From an uncultured Spirochaetota bacterium (GTDB lineage: Bacteria; Spirochaetota; Spirochaetia; SZUA-6; Fen-1364), in the NCBI GenBank assembly GCA_963745235.1, contig CAVUXE010000037.1, forward strand, positions 188,646 through 252,645: a DNA stretch of 64,000 bases. The letters are read 5' to 3'. The notes beneath the pieces are model-generated. The model did no database searches, was not told the DNA's origin, and saw only the letters and a list, made by a program, of their open reading frames with translations. Below, piece by piece: positions 1-10,770 of the stretch. The stretch's first letter is position 1. Each line of letters opens with the position of its first letter. Both the position numbers and the translations under genes were made by a program.

Positions 1-1279
1 GCAGACGGCAAGCCCCAGGCTCGCCGTGACGGAGAAAGGCGGCCGGGAATCAGTGCTGGAAAACCCGGCGGAGGCAATGGCCGTCCGGATGCGCTCCGCC
101 ACCACTGCTGCTCCCGCCCTGTCCGTGTACGGGAGGACCACCGCAAACTCCTCACCGCCGTAGCGCGCAGCCAGGTCGATCTCCCTCACTGACCGCCTGA
201 TCCGCTCAGCAGTTTCGATGAGGATCATGTCGCCGGTCGCGTGCCCGAAGTTGTCGTTCTTCCTCTTGAAGTCGTCTATGTCCAGCATGATGAGCGACGT
301 GGGATGTTTTTTTCTCCGCGAACGCTTCACCTCGAGCTCGAGGAACTTCCTGAAATAGCCGTGGTTGGAGAGCTTCGTCATTCGAATCGTTGGAGGCCGC
401 GCTCAGCGCCGTCCTGTAGTGCTCTTTCAGCCAGGTGAGCTCCGTCTTCTGCTTGAGGAGCCGGGCAACGCGCAGGGACACCTCGCGGGAATCGAAGGGT
501 CGCACCAGCAATTCGCTGACACCCCAATCCAGGAGGCGCACGCGGAGCTCAGGGTCATCCGGAGGGACCGCCGCAAGGGTCGGCAGGTTTTCCGTCTTTG
601 ACCGAAGCGCGCCGAGCATCTCCTGCGGCATCGAGGAGTCCAGGACCACGACGTCTGTTTCGCGCCGCAGGAAGCTCTGCGGGTCGTCCCCGCTGGATGC
701 CATCTCCACGCGATAGAGGTCCGCCGGGAGCCCCGCGGCCACGAGGTCGCGCTCCTGCATGTCTTCAAGGAACACGAGGACGCTGCGAGGCCCGACGCCG
801 TCCTTTTCCCTGTCCTCGCGGGAGGCCCCCTCTGCCGTGAGAGAAAGGGAGTGATTGAGGAGCTGTTCCTGGTATTCCCTGAGCCGGAGCATGGACCGAA
901 TCCGCACCAGGAGCTCCGAACGATCCACCGGCTTGGGCAGGAGCTCGTCCGCGCCGGCCTCGAGGCCCTTGAGCTTGTTGCCCGGGTCGTTCAGACCCGT
1001 CATCAGAATTATCGGGATGGCAAGGGTGGCCGGGTCACTTTTCAACATGCGGGTTGCGTGGTACCCGTCCAGATCAGGCAACTGAACGTCAAGGAGGATG
1101 AGGTCCGGGGAATGCGCGCGCGCCTTTCTGATGGCGTCTTTCCCGCTGGTTCCAGCCAGGACTTCATACCCCTCCACTCTGAGAAGCGCGGAGAACGCCC
1201 TTGCCGTCTGCGGGTCGTCATCAACCACAAGGAGCCGAGCGCGGCTGCGCGTGGCCCCGTCCTGGAAGGTTTTTCCCAT
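1..1279 (-). CDS. PleD-like response regulator / diguanylate cyclase (REC-pseudoREC-GGDEF); apparent +1 frameshift near 385; runs off the left edge
   Basis: N-terminal receiver domain (LLVVDDD, DLILLD, KP). Removing one A near 385 continues the frame as DSMTKLSNHGYF...IMLDIDDFKRKNDNFGH...REIDLAARYGGEEF, with an intact RxxD I-site. Confidence 0.85.
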
Positions 1280-1361
1280 GGAGCGCCCTGCAGGTAAAAT
1301 AGTACGCGCCCCCTTTATCGAGCAAGCCCCCTTTGCGGCCTTTGTGCGGCGGCGGTCGCCT

Positions 1362-1943
1362 CTATGCCGCCTGGCCGGCTATCATGTCCAGGAAGTACCT
1401 GTGCACGCGCCCGTCTTCGGTCAGCTCAGGATGGAAGGCGGTAGCGAGCAGCTTCCCTTGCCGGGCGGCCACGACGCGGCCATCCGTCAACGTGGCAAGG
1501 ACCCTGACTTCCCTTCCGGTCTTCTCGATGAGCGGCGCCCGGATGAACACTCCACGAAATGGCGCCTCACCGAGGGCCGGCACGTTCAGGCTCTCCTCGA
1601 AGCTGTCCAGCTGCCGCCCGAACGCGTTCCTTTTCACGGTGATGTCCATGACGCCGATCAGGGGCTGATCCATGCCGCCAATGTCGCGCGCCAGGAGGAT
1701 CATGCCTGCGCACGTGCCGTACACCGGCATCCCCCGCTTCACCGCGGCGCGCAGCGGCTCCAGCAGCCCGGAGAGGACCAGGAGCTTCCCGATCGTGGTG
1801 CTCTCCCCTCCCGGTATGATCAGGCCCGCAATGCCTTCCATGTGCTCGGGCAGCCTGACGAGGACCGGGGAAGCTGAGGCCCGCCTGAGGGCCTCAGCAT
1901 GCTCCGCGAAAGACCCCTGGAGAGCAAGCACGCCGACTTTCAT
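1362..1943 (-). CDS. pdxT: Pyridoxal 5'-phosphate synthase glutaminase subunit
   Basis: GVLALQG, IIPGGEST, GTCAGMILLA, RNAFGRQ and FHPE motifs; directly downstream of pdxS. Confidence 0.97.
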   Translation of the reverse strand: MKVGVLALQGSFAEHAEALRRASASPVLVRLPEHMEGIAGLIIPGGESTTIGKLLVLSGLLEPLRAAVKRGMPVYGTCAGMILLARDIGGMDQPLIGVMDITVKRNAFGRQLDSFEESLNVPALGEAPFRGVFIRAPLIEKTGREVRVLATLTDGRVVAARQGKLLATAFHPELTEDGRVHRYFLDMIAGQAA

Positions 1944-1945
1944 CT

Positions 1946-2827
1946 CTACCAGCCCCTCACCGCCAGGCGCTGGCCGTCTGTCATGCTGGCAACCTCCAGC
2001 CCCCGCATCGGCATCCCGAGCCCCTTGGACACCCGGGCAATCACGGCAGGGTCCTGGAAGTGAGTGGTCGCTTCAACGATGGCGCGGGCCATCCTCTCAG
2101 GGTCCTCCGATTTGAAGATCCCTGAGCCCACGAAGTTCCCCTCCGCGCCGAGCTGCATCATGAGCGCCGCGTCAGCGGGGGTTGCGATCCCGCCCGCCGC
2201 GAAGTTGACGACGGGAAGTCTCCCGGTTTCGGCAACCTCAGCGACCAGGTCGTACGGCGCCCCGAGGTTCTTCGCCGTGGCCATGAGCTCCGTCTTGTCC
2301 ATGGAGCGAAGCCGCCTCACCTCGTCCATCACGGTGCGCATGTGCCGCACGGCCTCCACCACGTTGCCCGTGCCGGCCTCGCCCTTTGTGCGGATCATGG
2401 CCGCCCCTTCCCCGATCCTGCGCAGCGCCTCGCCGAGGTCCCGCGCGCCGCAGACGAACGGGATCTTGAAGGCGTGCTTGTCGATGTGGTGCGCCTCGTC
2501 GGCGGGCGTGAGGACCTCGCTCTCATCGACGTAGTCCACGCCCATTGCCTCCAGGATCTGCGCCTCCACGAAGTGGCCGATCCTTGCCTTTGCCATGACA
2601 GGGATGGTCACGGCCTCCATGATCTGCTCGATGAGCGAAGGGTCGCTCATGCGCGCCACGCCCCCCGCCGCGCGAATATCGGCGGGAACGCGCTCGAGGG
2701 CCATCACGGCAACGGCCCCCGCCTGCTCCGCGATCTTCGCCTGGTCAGGGGTCACGACGTCCATGATCACGCCGCCCTTCAGCATCTGCGCCAGGCCTTT
2801 CTTTGTGGCAAACGTCGACTTGTCCAT
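1946..2827 (-). CDS. pdxS: Pyridoxal 5'-phosphate synthase lyase subunit
   Basis: [32 protein letters not shown] and [16 protein letters not shown] motifs. GAGGAGG SD upstream; start is 2827 or 2833. Confidence 0.97.
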   Translation of the reverse strand: MDKSTFATKKGLAQMLKGGVIMDVVTPDQAKIAEQAGAVAVMALERVPADIRAAGGVARMSDPSLIEQIMEAVTIPVMAKARIGHFVEAQILEAMGVDYVDESEVLTPADEAHHIDKHAFKIPFVCGARDLGEALRRIGEGAAMIRTKGEAGTGNVVEAVRHMRTVMDEVRRLRSMDKTELMATAKNLGAPYDLVAEVAETGRLPVVNFAAGGIATPADAALMMQLGAEGNFVGSGIFKSEDPERMARAIVEATTHFQDPAVIARVSKGLGMPMRGLEVASMTDGQRLAVRGW

Positions 2828-2829
2828 CT

Positions 2830-4308
2830 TCATCCTCCTCTGGTCTTCAGTGCATTGCCGAGAATCCGCATGCCTTTCTCGATTTTGTCCTCGTCGATGC
2901 CGGCGAACCCCAGCCGGAGGCCCGCCCTCTCCCACTCCTCGACGGAGAAGATCCTGTCAGGGGCAAAGAGGACCCCCTGGCTCCTTGCCTTCAAGAGGAG
3001 GGCAAGGACATCGGTTCCCCGGGGCAGATCCACCCACTGGAACAATCCGCCCCGCGGCTTTTTCCAGACCGCCTCCGGGGGGAAATGGGCTTTCATCGCC
3101 TCCAGCATCAGGTCCCGCCTCTTCCGGTAGACTGCCTGCTTGCGCTTGAGGTGCCGGTCCAGGAGCCCTTTCTGGCAGAACTCCAGGAGCGCTCCCTGGA
3201 GGATCCTGCTGGAGTACAAGTCGGTGAACTGCTTGATCAGCAGGAGCCTGTCGATGACCGCCGCCGGGGCCACGATCCAGCTCAGCCGGATCCCCGGGCA
3301 CAGGATCTCCGAAAAGCTCCCGAGGTAGATCACCCCGTCGCGCGCGTCCCGGGCTTTCAGGGGCAGGACTTCGCGGCCGTCGAAGGCCAGGTCGTGGACG
3401 TAGTCGTCTTCCACGACGATCACCTGGTGCTCCCGGGCCGCCGTAAGGAGGCGCTCGCGCCGGTCTGCGGACAGGACGACGCCCGTGGGGTTGTGATATG
3501 TCGGGATGGAATAGATGAGCTTCGCGCTCCTGCGGGCAAGCACGCTCTCCACGAGGTCCACCCTGATTCCGTCATCATCGAGGGGAATGCCGATGCAGCT
3601 GGCCTGGAGGGAGCGAAAGACACCCAGCGCCCCGGGGTAGCTCAGGTTCTCCATGATGACGGTGTCCCCGGGATCCAGGAACAGCCTCCCCACGATGCTC
3701 AACGCCTGCTGGATCCCGTTGACGATCATGATTTCCCCCGCCGTGCACTGGATCCCGCGCCTGGCCAGGAAGCCGGGCATGTAGTCGATGAGCGGAGCAA
3801 ACCCGCGGGACGGCCCGGCGGCCAGGAGGTCCCCGCCGTACTTCCTCATGGCCGACTGCATGCAGCCGGCAAAATCATCCACGGGGAAAAGGGAGAGGTC
3901 AGGATCATGGGACGCAAATGATATGGTGCCCTCGATCTCGGGCGCCTCCAGGAGCTGCTCCGCTCCGGCGGGAAGCTGCGGATACGTGCTTCGCCAGGTG
4001 GCGGAGAGAAGGGCCTCCACCCGCAGCCGCTCCGCCTGCTCGCGCCGGACAGCGGAGGACCCGGAGGGCAGGTTCTCCCGGACGGCGGTGCCCCTGCCGA
4101 CGTGAGACGAGACCAGCCCCTGCACTTCCAGCTCCTGGTAGGCGTTGATCACCGTGTTGCGGTTGACGCCAATAGAGCTCGCAAGCTCGCGTGTGGAGGG
4201 CAGCCGTGCGCCCGGCGCAAGCAGGCCGGACTGGATGAGCTCAACCAGCCTGTCCTTGATCTGGACGTACAGCGGAGTCGAGTCGTTCTTGTCGAGGTCA
4301 ACGATCAT
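2830..4308 (-). CDS. pdxR: MocR/PdxR-family regulator (GntR wHTH plus aminotransferase-like domain)
   Basis: PLYVQI...LPSTRELA...NRNTV...GRGT HTH, then fold-type-I domain (YHNPTG, VEDDY). GGAGGT SD before ATG 4308. The pdxR name is inferred from adjacency to pdxST. Confidence 0.85.
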   Translation of the reverse strand: MIVDLDKNDSTPLYVQIKDRLVELIQSGLLAPGARLPSTRELASSIGVNRNTVINAYQELEVQGLVSSHVGRGTAVRENLPSGSSAVRREQAERLRVEALLSATWRSTYPQLPAGAEQLLEAPEIEGTISFASHDPDLSLFPVDDFAGCMQSAMRKYGGDLLAAGPSRGFAPLIDYMPGFLARRGIQCTAGEIMIVNGIQQALSIVGRLFLDPGDTVIMENLSYPGALGVFRSLQASCIGIPLDDDGIRVDLVESVLARRSAKLIYSIPTYHNPTGVVLSADRRERLLTAAREHQVIVVEDDYVHDLAFDGREVLPLKARDARDGVIYLGSFSEILCPGIRLSWIVAPAAVIDRLLLIKQFTDLYSSRILQGALLEFCQKGLLDRHLKRKQAVYRKRRDLMLEAMKAHFPPEAVWKKPRGGLFQWVDLPRGTDVLALLLKARSQGVLFAPDRIFSVEEWERAGLRLGFAGIDEDKIEKGMRILGNALKTRGG

Positions 4309-4351
4309 GTTCTTACCTCCAACACTCCTACTTTCCAGGCGATTGTTAAAG

Positions 4352-4416
4352 GTCCAATCCACAAGAATAATATACCATCCATACCAATTTTGAGTATCAT
4401 TCGGGAGGAATTGGTC
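4352..4416 (-). promoter_or_regulatory. Putative pdxR-pdxST promoter and MocR-type operator
   Basis: Minus-strand extended -10 TGgTATATT (4377-4369). CCAAT direct repeats at 4354 and 4384, an inverted copy at 4410-4414, and ATACCA twice (4372, 4381). Confidence 0.5.
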
Positions 4417-4503
4417 TAGATCACGGTCTCGGGCAGCCGTCCACCGGAGACGATCGGGAGGAATCTGCGTCCGAAATGCCCAGCAGGCGAGAGCTGTTTG
4501 AGG

Positions 4504-4980
4504 TTAACCGGTTACCGAGATGGCGGCCACACTGACGTTGTCGTTGTCGAGAACCCGCACGATCTTCCCTCGAAGACTTTTCCGGGATTTTCCCCCGTTT
4601 CCGAAGACAACGGTAGCGTCTTTTCCTGTGTCGTCTTTTGAAAGCAGAAGGTCAGGCTGCTGACCCAAGTCAAGCAGAAGGCCCCCCGTGGACATGTTCA
4701 GGACAATGCAGGTGTAAGGCTTGTTCTCCAGCGTGAACGTGGCAGGGATGCTGACAGAAACACGTTGTTCTTGCCTGCGCTCAGGTCTTTTCGACTTCAC
4801 AGAGCCATCCCAGTCGAACCTGCTGAGGCCCTTGTCCCAAAAGCCCTGCTCCTCCAGGAACTTGATGACCAGCTCATGCGGCACCCCTCGCTGCGCGCAC
4901 ATCTGACGGATATCTCCCCCCATCACATTGCAGATCGCAAAGGCATTCGAGAAGACTCTTTTGGCTTCCTGTTCAGTCAT
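4504..4980 (-). CDS. PilZ-domain protein (candidate c-di-GMP receptor)
   Basis: C-terminal RRQEQR (RxxxR) and NMSTGG (N/DxSxxG) motifs. Start codon uncertain. Confidence 0.75.
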   Translation of the reverse strand: MTEQEAKRVFSNAFAICNVMGGDIRQMCAQRGVPHELVIKFLEEQGFWDKGLSRFDWDGSVKSKRPERRQEQRVSVSIPATFTLENKPYTCIVLNMSTGGLLLDLGQQPDLLLSKDDTGKDATVVFGNGGKSRKSLRGKIVRVLDNDNVSVAAISVTG

Positions 4981-5286
4981 ACCGCTCCAACTTTCTGGGC
5001 CCCACGGCCTGAATCGAGGCTGACGCTGCGACGGCAGAGATCCAACAAAGCACATCTATAACAATATCGCAAATAGCGCAGACTGCAACAGACTTGTTCC
5101 GACGGCTGCCAGTCGCCGCTTCATTCTCCACGGGGTGGCAAGCCCGCTGTTCTCCAGCGCCCGCGCCTGTTGCCTGCATGGGCAAAAACTACGTATTTTG
5201 AGGCAATCCGTTTCGCAACGCCTATGAGAACCCACACCGCTCTTGCACAACCTCCCTCGGAAACGAATAATCAAAGCCCTCCGAAC

Positions 5287-8200
5287 ATGAGCCCCGCACA
5301 CAGCAAAATCGCCCCGCGCGCGCCGTCACGAAAGAGAGCATCCGAGGACTACATCCTCATCGAAGGGGCCAGGCAGAACAACCTGAGGAACCTGTCCCTC
5401 AGGATTCCCCTGCGGAAGCTGATCGTCATCACCGGCGTGAGCGGTTCGGGCAAGTCATCCCTCGCCTTCGACACCATCTATTCCGAAGGCCAGCGAAGGT
5501 ACGTGGAGACATTCTCTTCGTACACGCGGCAGTTCCTCGACCGGATGGACAAGCCCAAGGTGGATCGCATCGAAGGCATCCCGCCCGCAATCGCCATCGA
5601 CCAGACCAACCCGGTGCGCACCTCCCGCTCCACGGTGGGGACCATGACCGAGCTCAACGACCATTTGAAGCTCCTCTTTGCGAGGGCAACGCGCCTGTAC
5701 TGCGGTAACTGTGGAAGGGAAGTTAGGCGCGACACCCCGGAGACCGTTGCTGACCAGCTCCCCGCGGGCAGGAGGCTGATCCTCACCTTTCCCGTGCGCG
5801 TGCCTGAGAACTTCACCGAGGAGGAGGTCCTGGACCTGCTCGGCAAGCAGGGCTACACCCGCATCCGCGGAAAAGAGGGGAACACCCTGGAGGTGATCCA
5901 GGACAGGATCACCTTCAGCGAGGAGAACAGGCCGCGCCTCATCGAGGACCTGGAAGCGGCACTGAAGTACGGCCAGGGACGCCTCAGCGCCTACGCCGTG
6001 GAGAAGGAGGCGGAGGGGGAGGCCATGCGCTTCTCCTCGGACCTGCACTGCGCTCATTGCGACATCCACTACCGCGACCCGTCGCCCAACCTCTTCTCTT
6101 TCAACTCCCCCATCGGCGCCTGCGACAGCTGCCGGGGATTCGGCCGCACCATCGGCATCGACTGGAGCCTCGTTGTGCCGGACGACACGAAGAGCCTGGC
6201 GGGGGACGCGGTGAAGCCATGGCAGACGGAAAGCTTCAAGGAGGTCAAGAGTGATCTGCTGAAGTTCGCCCGCAAGCGCGGAGTTCCGGTGGACGTCCCG
6301 TGGCGCGAGCTCTCCGAGGCCCAACGCGCCTGGGTCATCGAGGGTGAGGGGGACTGGGACAACGGGGTCTGGTACGGGGCAAAGCGGTTTTTCGGATGGC
6401 TGGAGTCAAAGAGCTACCGCATGCACATCCGTGTCCTTCTCTCCCGCTACCGCGCCTATCAACCCTGCCCGGCGTGCGGAGGCGCGCGGCTGAAACCCGA
6501 GGCCCTCCTGTGGAAGATCGGGCCCGGGAAGCTTTCCATTCACGACGTGATGCTCCTGCCCATCGACGGCTGCCTGGCCTTCTTCGACTCACTTGCCCTG
6601 CCGCCGCCGCTGGATGAAGCCACCGAGGCTCTCCTGCGCGAGATCCGAACGCGCATCCGCTACCTCGTCGACGTCGGCCTCGGCTACCTCACGCTGGACC
6701 GCCAGTCCCGGACGCTGAGCGGCGGGGAGGTCCAGAGGATCAACCTGACCACGGCCCTGGGGACGTCTCTGGTCAACGCGCTGTTCGTCCTGGACGAGCC
6801 GAGCATCGGGCTGCATCCCCGCGATATCGGGCGGCTCATCGGCGTCCTCCGCCGGCTGCGCGACAGCGGCAACACGATCATCGTGGTGGAGCATGACCCC
6901 GAGGTGATACGCGCGGCAGACATGGTGATAGACATGGGCCCGGGGGCGGGCGAGCACGGCGGCAGGATCGTGTTCTCCGGCGGCCTTCCCGATCTGCTGC
7001 GGAGCGAACGGTCCCTCACCGCGAAATACCTGACCGGGAAGAAGAGAGTGTCCCCACGCGGGACCGCGGGAGAGGCGTCGGCATTGGCTGCCTCGGGGAA
7101 GGCCCTCAGGCGGATCCGCGTCCTCGGCGCCGCGGAGCACAACCTGAAGGATATCGATGTCGACATCCCGCTGGACCGGCTGGTCTGCGTCACGGGGGTG
7201 AGCGGCTCCGGGAAATCCACCCTGATCCAGGAAGTGCTTTACAACGCCTTGCGGGCCCTGAAGCATGCCCCGGTTGACGCGCCGGGAAGACACCGCGCGA
7301 TTGCCGGTCACGAGCTGGTGGAGGCCGTCGTCATGGTGGACCAGTCCCCCATCGGCAGGACAGCCAGGTCGAACCCCGTCAGCCACGTCGGCGCATTCGA
7401 CGGCATCCGCAAGCTCTTTGCGGCCGAGCCGCTGGCTCGCGAGCGCGGATACACGGCGGGCAGCTTCAGCTTCAACGCGGGAAACGGCAGATGCCCCACG
7501 TGCAGCGGCAGCGGCTTCGAGCACATCGAGATGCAGTTCCTGAGCGACGTGTACCTGCGCTGCCCCGACTGCGACGGCCGCAGGTATCGAAAGGAAATCC
7601 TGGACGTCATGCTCCTGCCGCCGCGCGGGCCGGCTGGCGGGGCCGGGGCCGGCAAGTCAATCGCCGACGTGCTGGACATGACCGTGACCGAGGCCTGCGG
7701 GTTCTTTGCCGGCGCTCCGGATGTCGTCTCCGCGCTTTCGCCCCTGGCGTCGGTGGGGCTCGGCTACATGTCCCTCGGGCAGCCGGTCCCCACGCTGAGC
7801 GGCGGCGAGGCGCAGAGGCTGAAGCTCGCCGGATATCTCGCGCCGTCGCGCAATGGCAACGGCAGGAAGGGGACGTTGTTCCTCTTCGATGAGCCCACCA
7901 CGGGGCTGCACTTCGACGACATCGCGGTCCTCCTGGGCGCCTTTCGGAAGCTCATTGCCGCCGGCCACTCCGTGCTCGTGATCGAGCACAACATCGACGT
8001 GATCCGCGCCGCGGACTGGATCATCGACCTGGGTCCCGAGGGTGGTGAGGCCGGCGGAAGGATCGTGTGCGCGGGCACGCCGCGCCAGGTAGCCCGGTGC
8101 AGGGAAAGCCACACGGGGGCCGCTCTCCGTGCGGGCGCCTCACGCCGGGGAGGAAAGGCCGAACCGTCAGCGCAGAAGGAGGCGGCCGCCTTTGGCACGG

Positions 8201-10770
8201 CGAACGCCATCGTCATCAGGCACGCGAGGGAGCACAACCTCAAGAACATCGACCTGGTCATCCCGCGCGACGCGCTGAGCGTGATCACCGGCGTGAGCGG
8301 GAGCGGCAAGAGCACCGTTGCCTTCGACATCCTCTTCGCCGAGGGCCAGCGGCGCTACCTGGAATCCCTGAACGCATATGCACGGCAGTTCGTCCAGCCC
8401 GCGAAGCGACCCGACGTGGACGGGGTGTACGGCGTCCCTCCCACGGTTGCCATCGAGCAGAGAACCAGCCGCGGTGGAAGGAAGAGCACCGTGGCCACTC
8501 TGACGGAGATCTACCCGTTCCTTCGCCTCCTGTTCGTGAAGCTCGGGACGCAGTACTGCCCTGACTGCAACCTCCCCATCCGGCCGCAGAGCATGGACGC
8601 CATCCTGGCGCGCATCCTCCGCGATTACCGGGGCAAACGGGTGGGCATCTTCGCTCCGCTGATCACGGCTCGAAAGGGATACTACACGGACCTTGCCGCG
8701 TGGGCCGCGGCAAAGGGGTTCAAGCATCTTCGGGTGGACGGCGCGCTCCTCCCCACCGCACCGTGGCCTCGCCTGGACAGGTTCATCGAGCACACAATCG
8801 AGCTCCCCATGGGAGTGGAGTCCGTGAGCGCTGACAGGGAAGCTCGGCTGCGGGATGCCCTCAAGCGCGGGCTGGACTTCGGCAAAGGCGTCGTTCACGT
8901 GAATGAGACGGTCTTCTCCACCCGCAGGGCATGTCCCCGGTGCGGAAGAAGCTTCGAGGAGCTGGACCCGCGCCTTTTCTCCTACAACTCGAAGCACGGG
9001 TGGTGCCCCTCCTGCTACGGCACAGGCCTTCAGCTCTCGGGCTTCGATTCCGAGCAGACAGGGGAGGAAGTCTGGTGGAACGACTGGTGGGGCGGACCCG
9101 AAAAAACCTGCCCCGATTGCGGGGGAATGCGCCTGCGGCCCGAGGCGCTTGCCGTGCGCTTCCGGGACAGGAACATCGCGGACTTCGCCCGGCTCCCGGT
9201 CCGCGACATGGAGCGGGAGATGAAGGGCCTGCGCCTGGCCGGCCGGGAAAAAGAAATTGCCCGGGACATCGTGGCCGAAATGCTCTCCCGGCTCACGTTC
9301 CTGCAGGAAGTGGGGTTGTCGTACCTGTCCCTGGATCGCTCGGCGCCCACGCTCAGCGGAGGGGAAGCCCAGCGCATCAGGCTTGCCTCCCAGCTCGGCT
9401 CGAACCTCCGCGGGGTGTGCTACATCCTGGATGAGCCGACAATCGGGCTGCACGCCAGGGACAACGCCATTCTCCTGGACACCCTCCACGCGCTTCGCGT
9501 GAAGGGCAACACCGTTGTCGTGGTGGAGCATGACGAAGAGACAATCCGCAGGGCGGAGCACGTGGTGGATCTGGGCCCCGGCGGCGGGACGGCCGGCGGC
9601 TACCTGGTGGCGCAGGGGAGCCTTGCCGCCATCATCCGAAGCAGGAAGTCCCTGACCGGCAAGTACCTCAGGAAACCGCTCGCGCATCCCTGGACCGGCG
9701 GCCGGCCGACAAACGGTGACCCTGCGGCCGCTCTCAGGATGACAGGCGCGAGCCTGCACAACCTGAAGGACCTCGACGTCATAATTCCGCTGGAGCGCCT
9801 GGTGTGCATCACCGGTGTCAGCGGAAGCGGCAAGAGCACGCTGGTGCGCGAGGTCCTCTACGGAAACCTGCATCACCTGCTGGCAGCGGCTCGGAGACGG
9901 GGGACGCGGGGGCAAGCCGACGGGCTCCACGGATGCTCCTCCATCGAGGGGTGGGAGAGAATCGGTCGGGTCCTGGAGGTGGACCAGACCCCCATCGGCA
10001 AGACGCCCCGCTCGTGTCCCGCCACCTACGTTGGGATCTGGGACGACATCAGGCGGCTGTTCGCCGCCTCCAGTGAAGCCCGCATGCGGGGATACACGGC
10101 AAGCCGCTTCTCCTTCAACGTTGCCGGCGGACGCTGTGACGAGTGCGAGGGCCAGGGCATGAAAAAGATCGAGATGAGCTTCCTGCCGGATGTCACGGTC
10201 CCCTGCGACGCCTGCTCAGGAGCGCGCTTCAATCCGGAGACCCGTGCAGTGAAGTTTCGCGGCAGGAGCGTCGGCGACGTGCTGGCCATGAGCGTGGACG
10301 AGGCAGTGCCGTTCTTCAGCTTCCACGCGGGCATCCGCCATGCCCTGGAGTTGCTGCAGCAGGTCGGGCTGGGCTACCTCTCCCTGGGCCAGCAGAGCCC
10401 TTCGTTGAGCGGCGGAGAAGCCCAGAGGATCAAGCTCGTCACGGAGCTTGCCAAGGCGCGCTCCAGCTCAGCCGGCCTGCGCACGCTGTATGTCCTTGAT
10501 GAGCCCACCATCGGGCTGCACATGTCCGACGTGGAGAAGCTCGTGGGCGTGCTGCATCGGCTGGTGGACGCGGGGAACACGGTGGTCATCATCGAGCACA
10601 ACCTCGACGTGATTGCGGAAGCGGACTGGATCATCGACCTGGGGCCCGAGGGCGGGGATGAGGGAGGCAGGATCGTTGCCCAGGGAGCTCCGCGGGAGGT
10701 GATCCGCCAGCGCTCTGGCTCATACACGGCGAGCTACCTTGCGCGGTTCCTCAAAGAACGCACAGCGTGA
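5287..10770 (+). CDS. uvrA: Double-length (tandem) UvrA-family excinuclease ATPase, about 1830 aa
   Basis: Four Walker A GVSGSGKS motifs, four LSGGE signatures, four DEP Walker B motifs and several CxxC Zn modules: two UvrA units in one ORF. Confidence 0.92.
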   Translation: MSPAHSKIAPRAPSRKRASEDYILIEGARQNNLRNLSLRIPLRKLIVITGVSGSGKSSLAFDTIYSEGQRRYVETFSSYTRQFLDRMDKPKVDRIEGIPPAIAIDQTNPVRTSRSTVGTMTELNDHLKLLFARATRLYCGNCGREVRRDTPETVADQLPAGRRLILTFPVRVPENFTEEEVLDLLGKQGYTRIRGKEGNTLEVIQDRITFSEENRPRLIEDLEAALKYGQGRLSAYAVEKEAEGEAMRFSSDLHCAHCDIHYRDPSPNLFSFNSPIGACDSCRGFGRTIGIDWSLVVPDDTKSLAGDAVKPWQTESFKEVKSDLLKFARKRGVPVDVPWRELSEAQRAWVIEGEGDWDNGVWYGAKRFFGWLESKSYRMHIRVLLSRYRAYQPCPACGGARLKPEALLWKIGPGKLSIHDVMLLPIDGCLAFFDSLALPPPLDEATEALLREIRTRIRYLVDVGLGYLTLDRQSRTLSGGEVQRINLTTALGTSLVNALFVLDEPSIGLHPRDIGRLIGVLRRLRDSGNTIIVVEHDPEVIRAADMVIDMGPGAGEHGGRIVFSGGLPDLLRSERSLTAKYLTGKKRVSPRGTAGEASALAASGKALRRIRVLGAAEHNLKDIDVDIPLDRLVCVTGVSGSGKSTLIQEVLYNALRALKHAPVDAPGRHRAIAGHELVEAVVMVDQSPIGRTARSNPVSHVGAFDGIRKLFAAEPLARERGYTAGSFSFNAGNGRCPTCSGSGFEHIEMQFLSDVYLRCPDCDGRRYRKEILDVMLLPPRGPAGGAGAGKSIADVLDMTVTEACGFFAGAPDVVSALSPLASVGLGYMSLGQPVPTLSGGEAQRLKLAGYLAPSRNGNGRKGTLFLFDEPTTGLHFDDIAVLLGAFRKLIAAGHSVLVIEHNIDVIRAADWIIDLGPEGGEAGGRIVCAGTPRQVARCRESHTGAALRAGASRRGGKAEPSAQKEAAAFGTANAIVIRHAREHNLKNIDLVIPRDALSVITGVSGSGKSTVAFDILFAEGQRRYLESLNAYARQFVQPAKRPDVDGVYGVPPTVAIEQRTSRGGRKSTVATLTEIYPFLRLLFVKLGTQYCPDCNLPIRPQSMDAILARILRDYRGKRVGIFAPLITARKGYYTDLAAWAAAKGFKHLRVDGALLPTAPWPRLDRFIEHTIELPMGVESVSADREARLRDALKRGLDFGKGVVHVNETVFSTRRACPRCGRSFEELDPRLFSYNSKHGWCPSCYGTGLQLSGFDSEQTGEEVWWNDWWGGPEKTCPDCGGMRLRPEALAVRFRDRNIADFARLPVRDMEREMKGLRLAGREKEIARDIVAEMLSRLTFLQEVGLSYLSLDRSAPTLSGGEAQRIRLASQLGSNLRGVCYILDEPTIGLHARDNAILLDTLHALRVKGNTVVVVEHDEETIRRAEHVVDLGPGGGTAGGYLVAQGSLAAIIRSRKSLTGKYLRKPLAHPWTGGRPTNGDPAAALRMTGASLHNLKDLDVIIPLERLVCITGVSGSGKSTLVREVLYGNLHHLLAAARRRGTRGQADGLHGCSSIEGWERIGRVLEVDQTPIGKTPRSCPATYVGIWDDIRRLFAASSEARMRGYTASRFSFNVAGGRCDECEGQGMKKIEMSFLPDVTVPCDACSGARFNPETRAVKFRGRSVGDVLAMSVDEAVPFFSFHAGIRHALELLQQVGLGYLSLGQQSPSLSGGEAQRIKLVTELAKARSSSAGLRTLYVLDEPTIGLHMSDVEKLVGVLHRLVDAGNTVVIIEHNLDVIAEADWIIDLGPEGGDEGGRIVAQGAPREVIRQRSGSYTASYLARFLKERTA

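Noticed and set aside
4981-5240. Possible c-di-GMP riboswitch upstream of the PilZ gene (minus-strand GGCAA...CGCTG-GAGAA-CAGCG...TTGCC pairing)
   Set aside because: It lacks the GAAA tetraloop and GACGCAAA core of class I aptamers. An Rfam scan would settle it.
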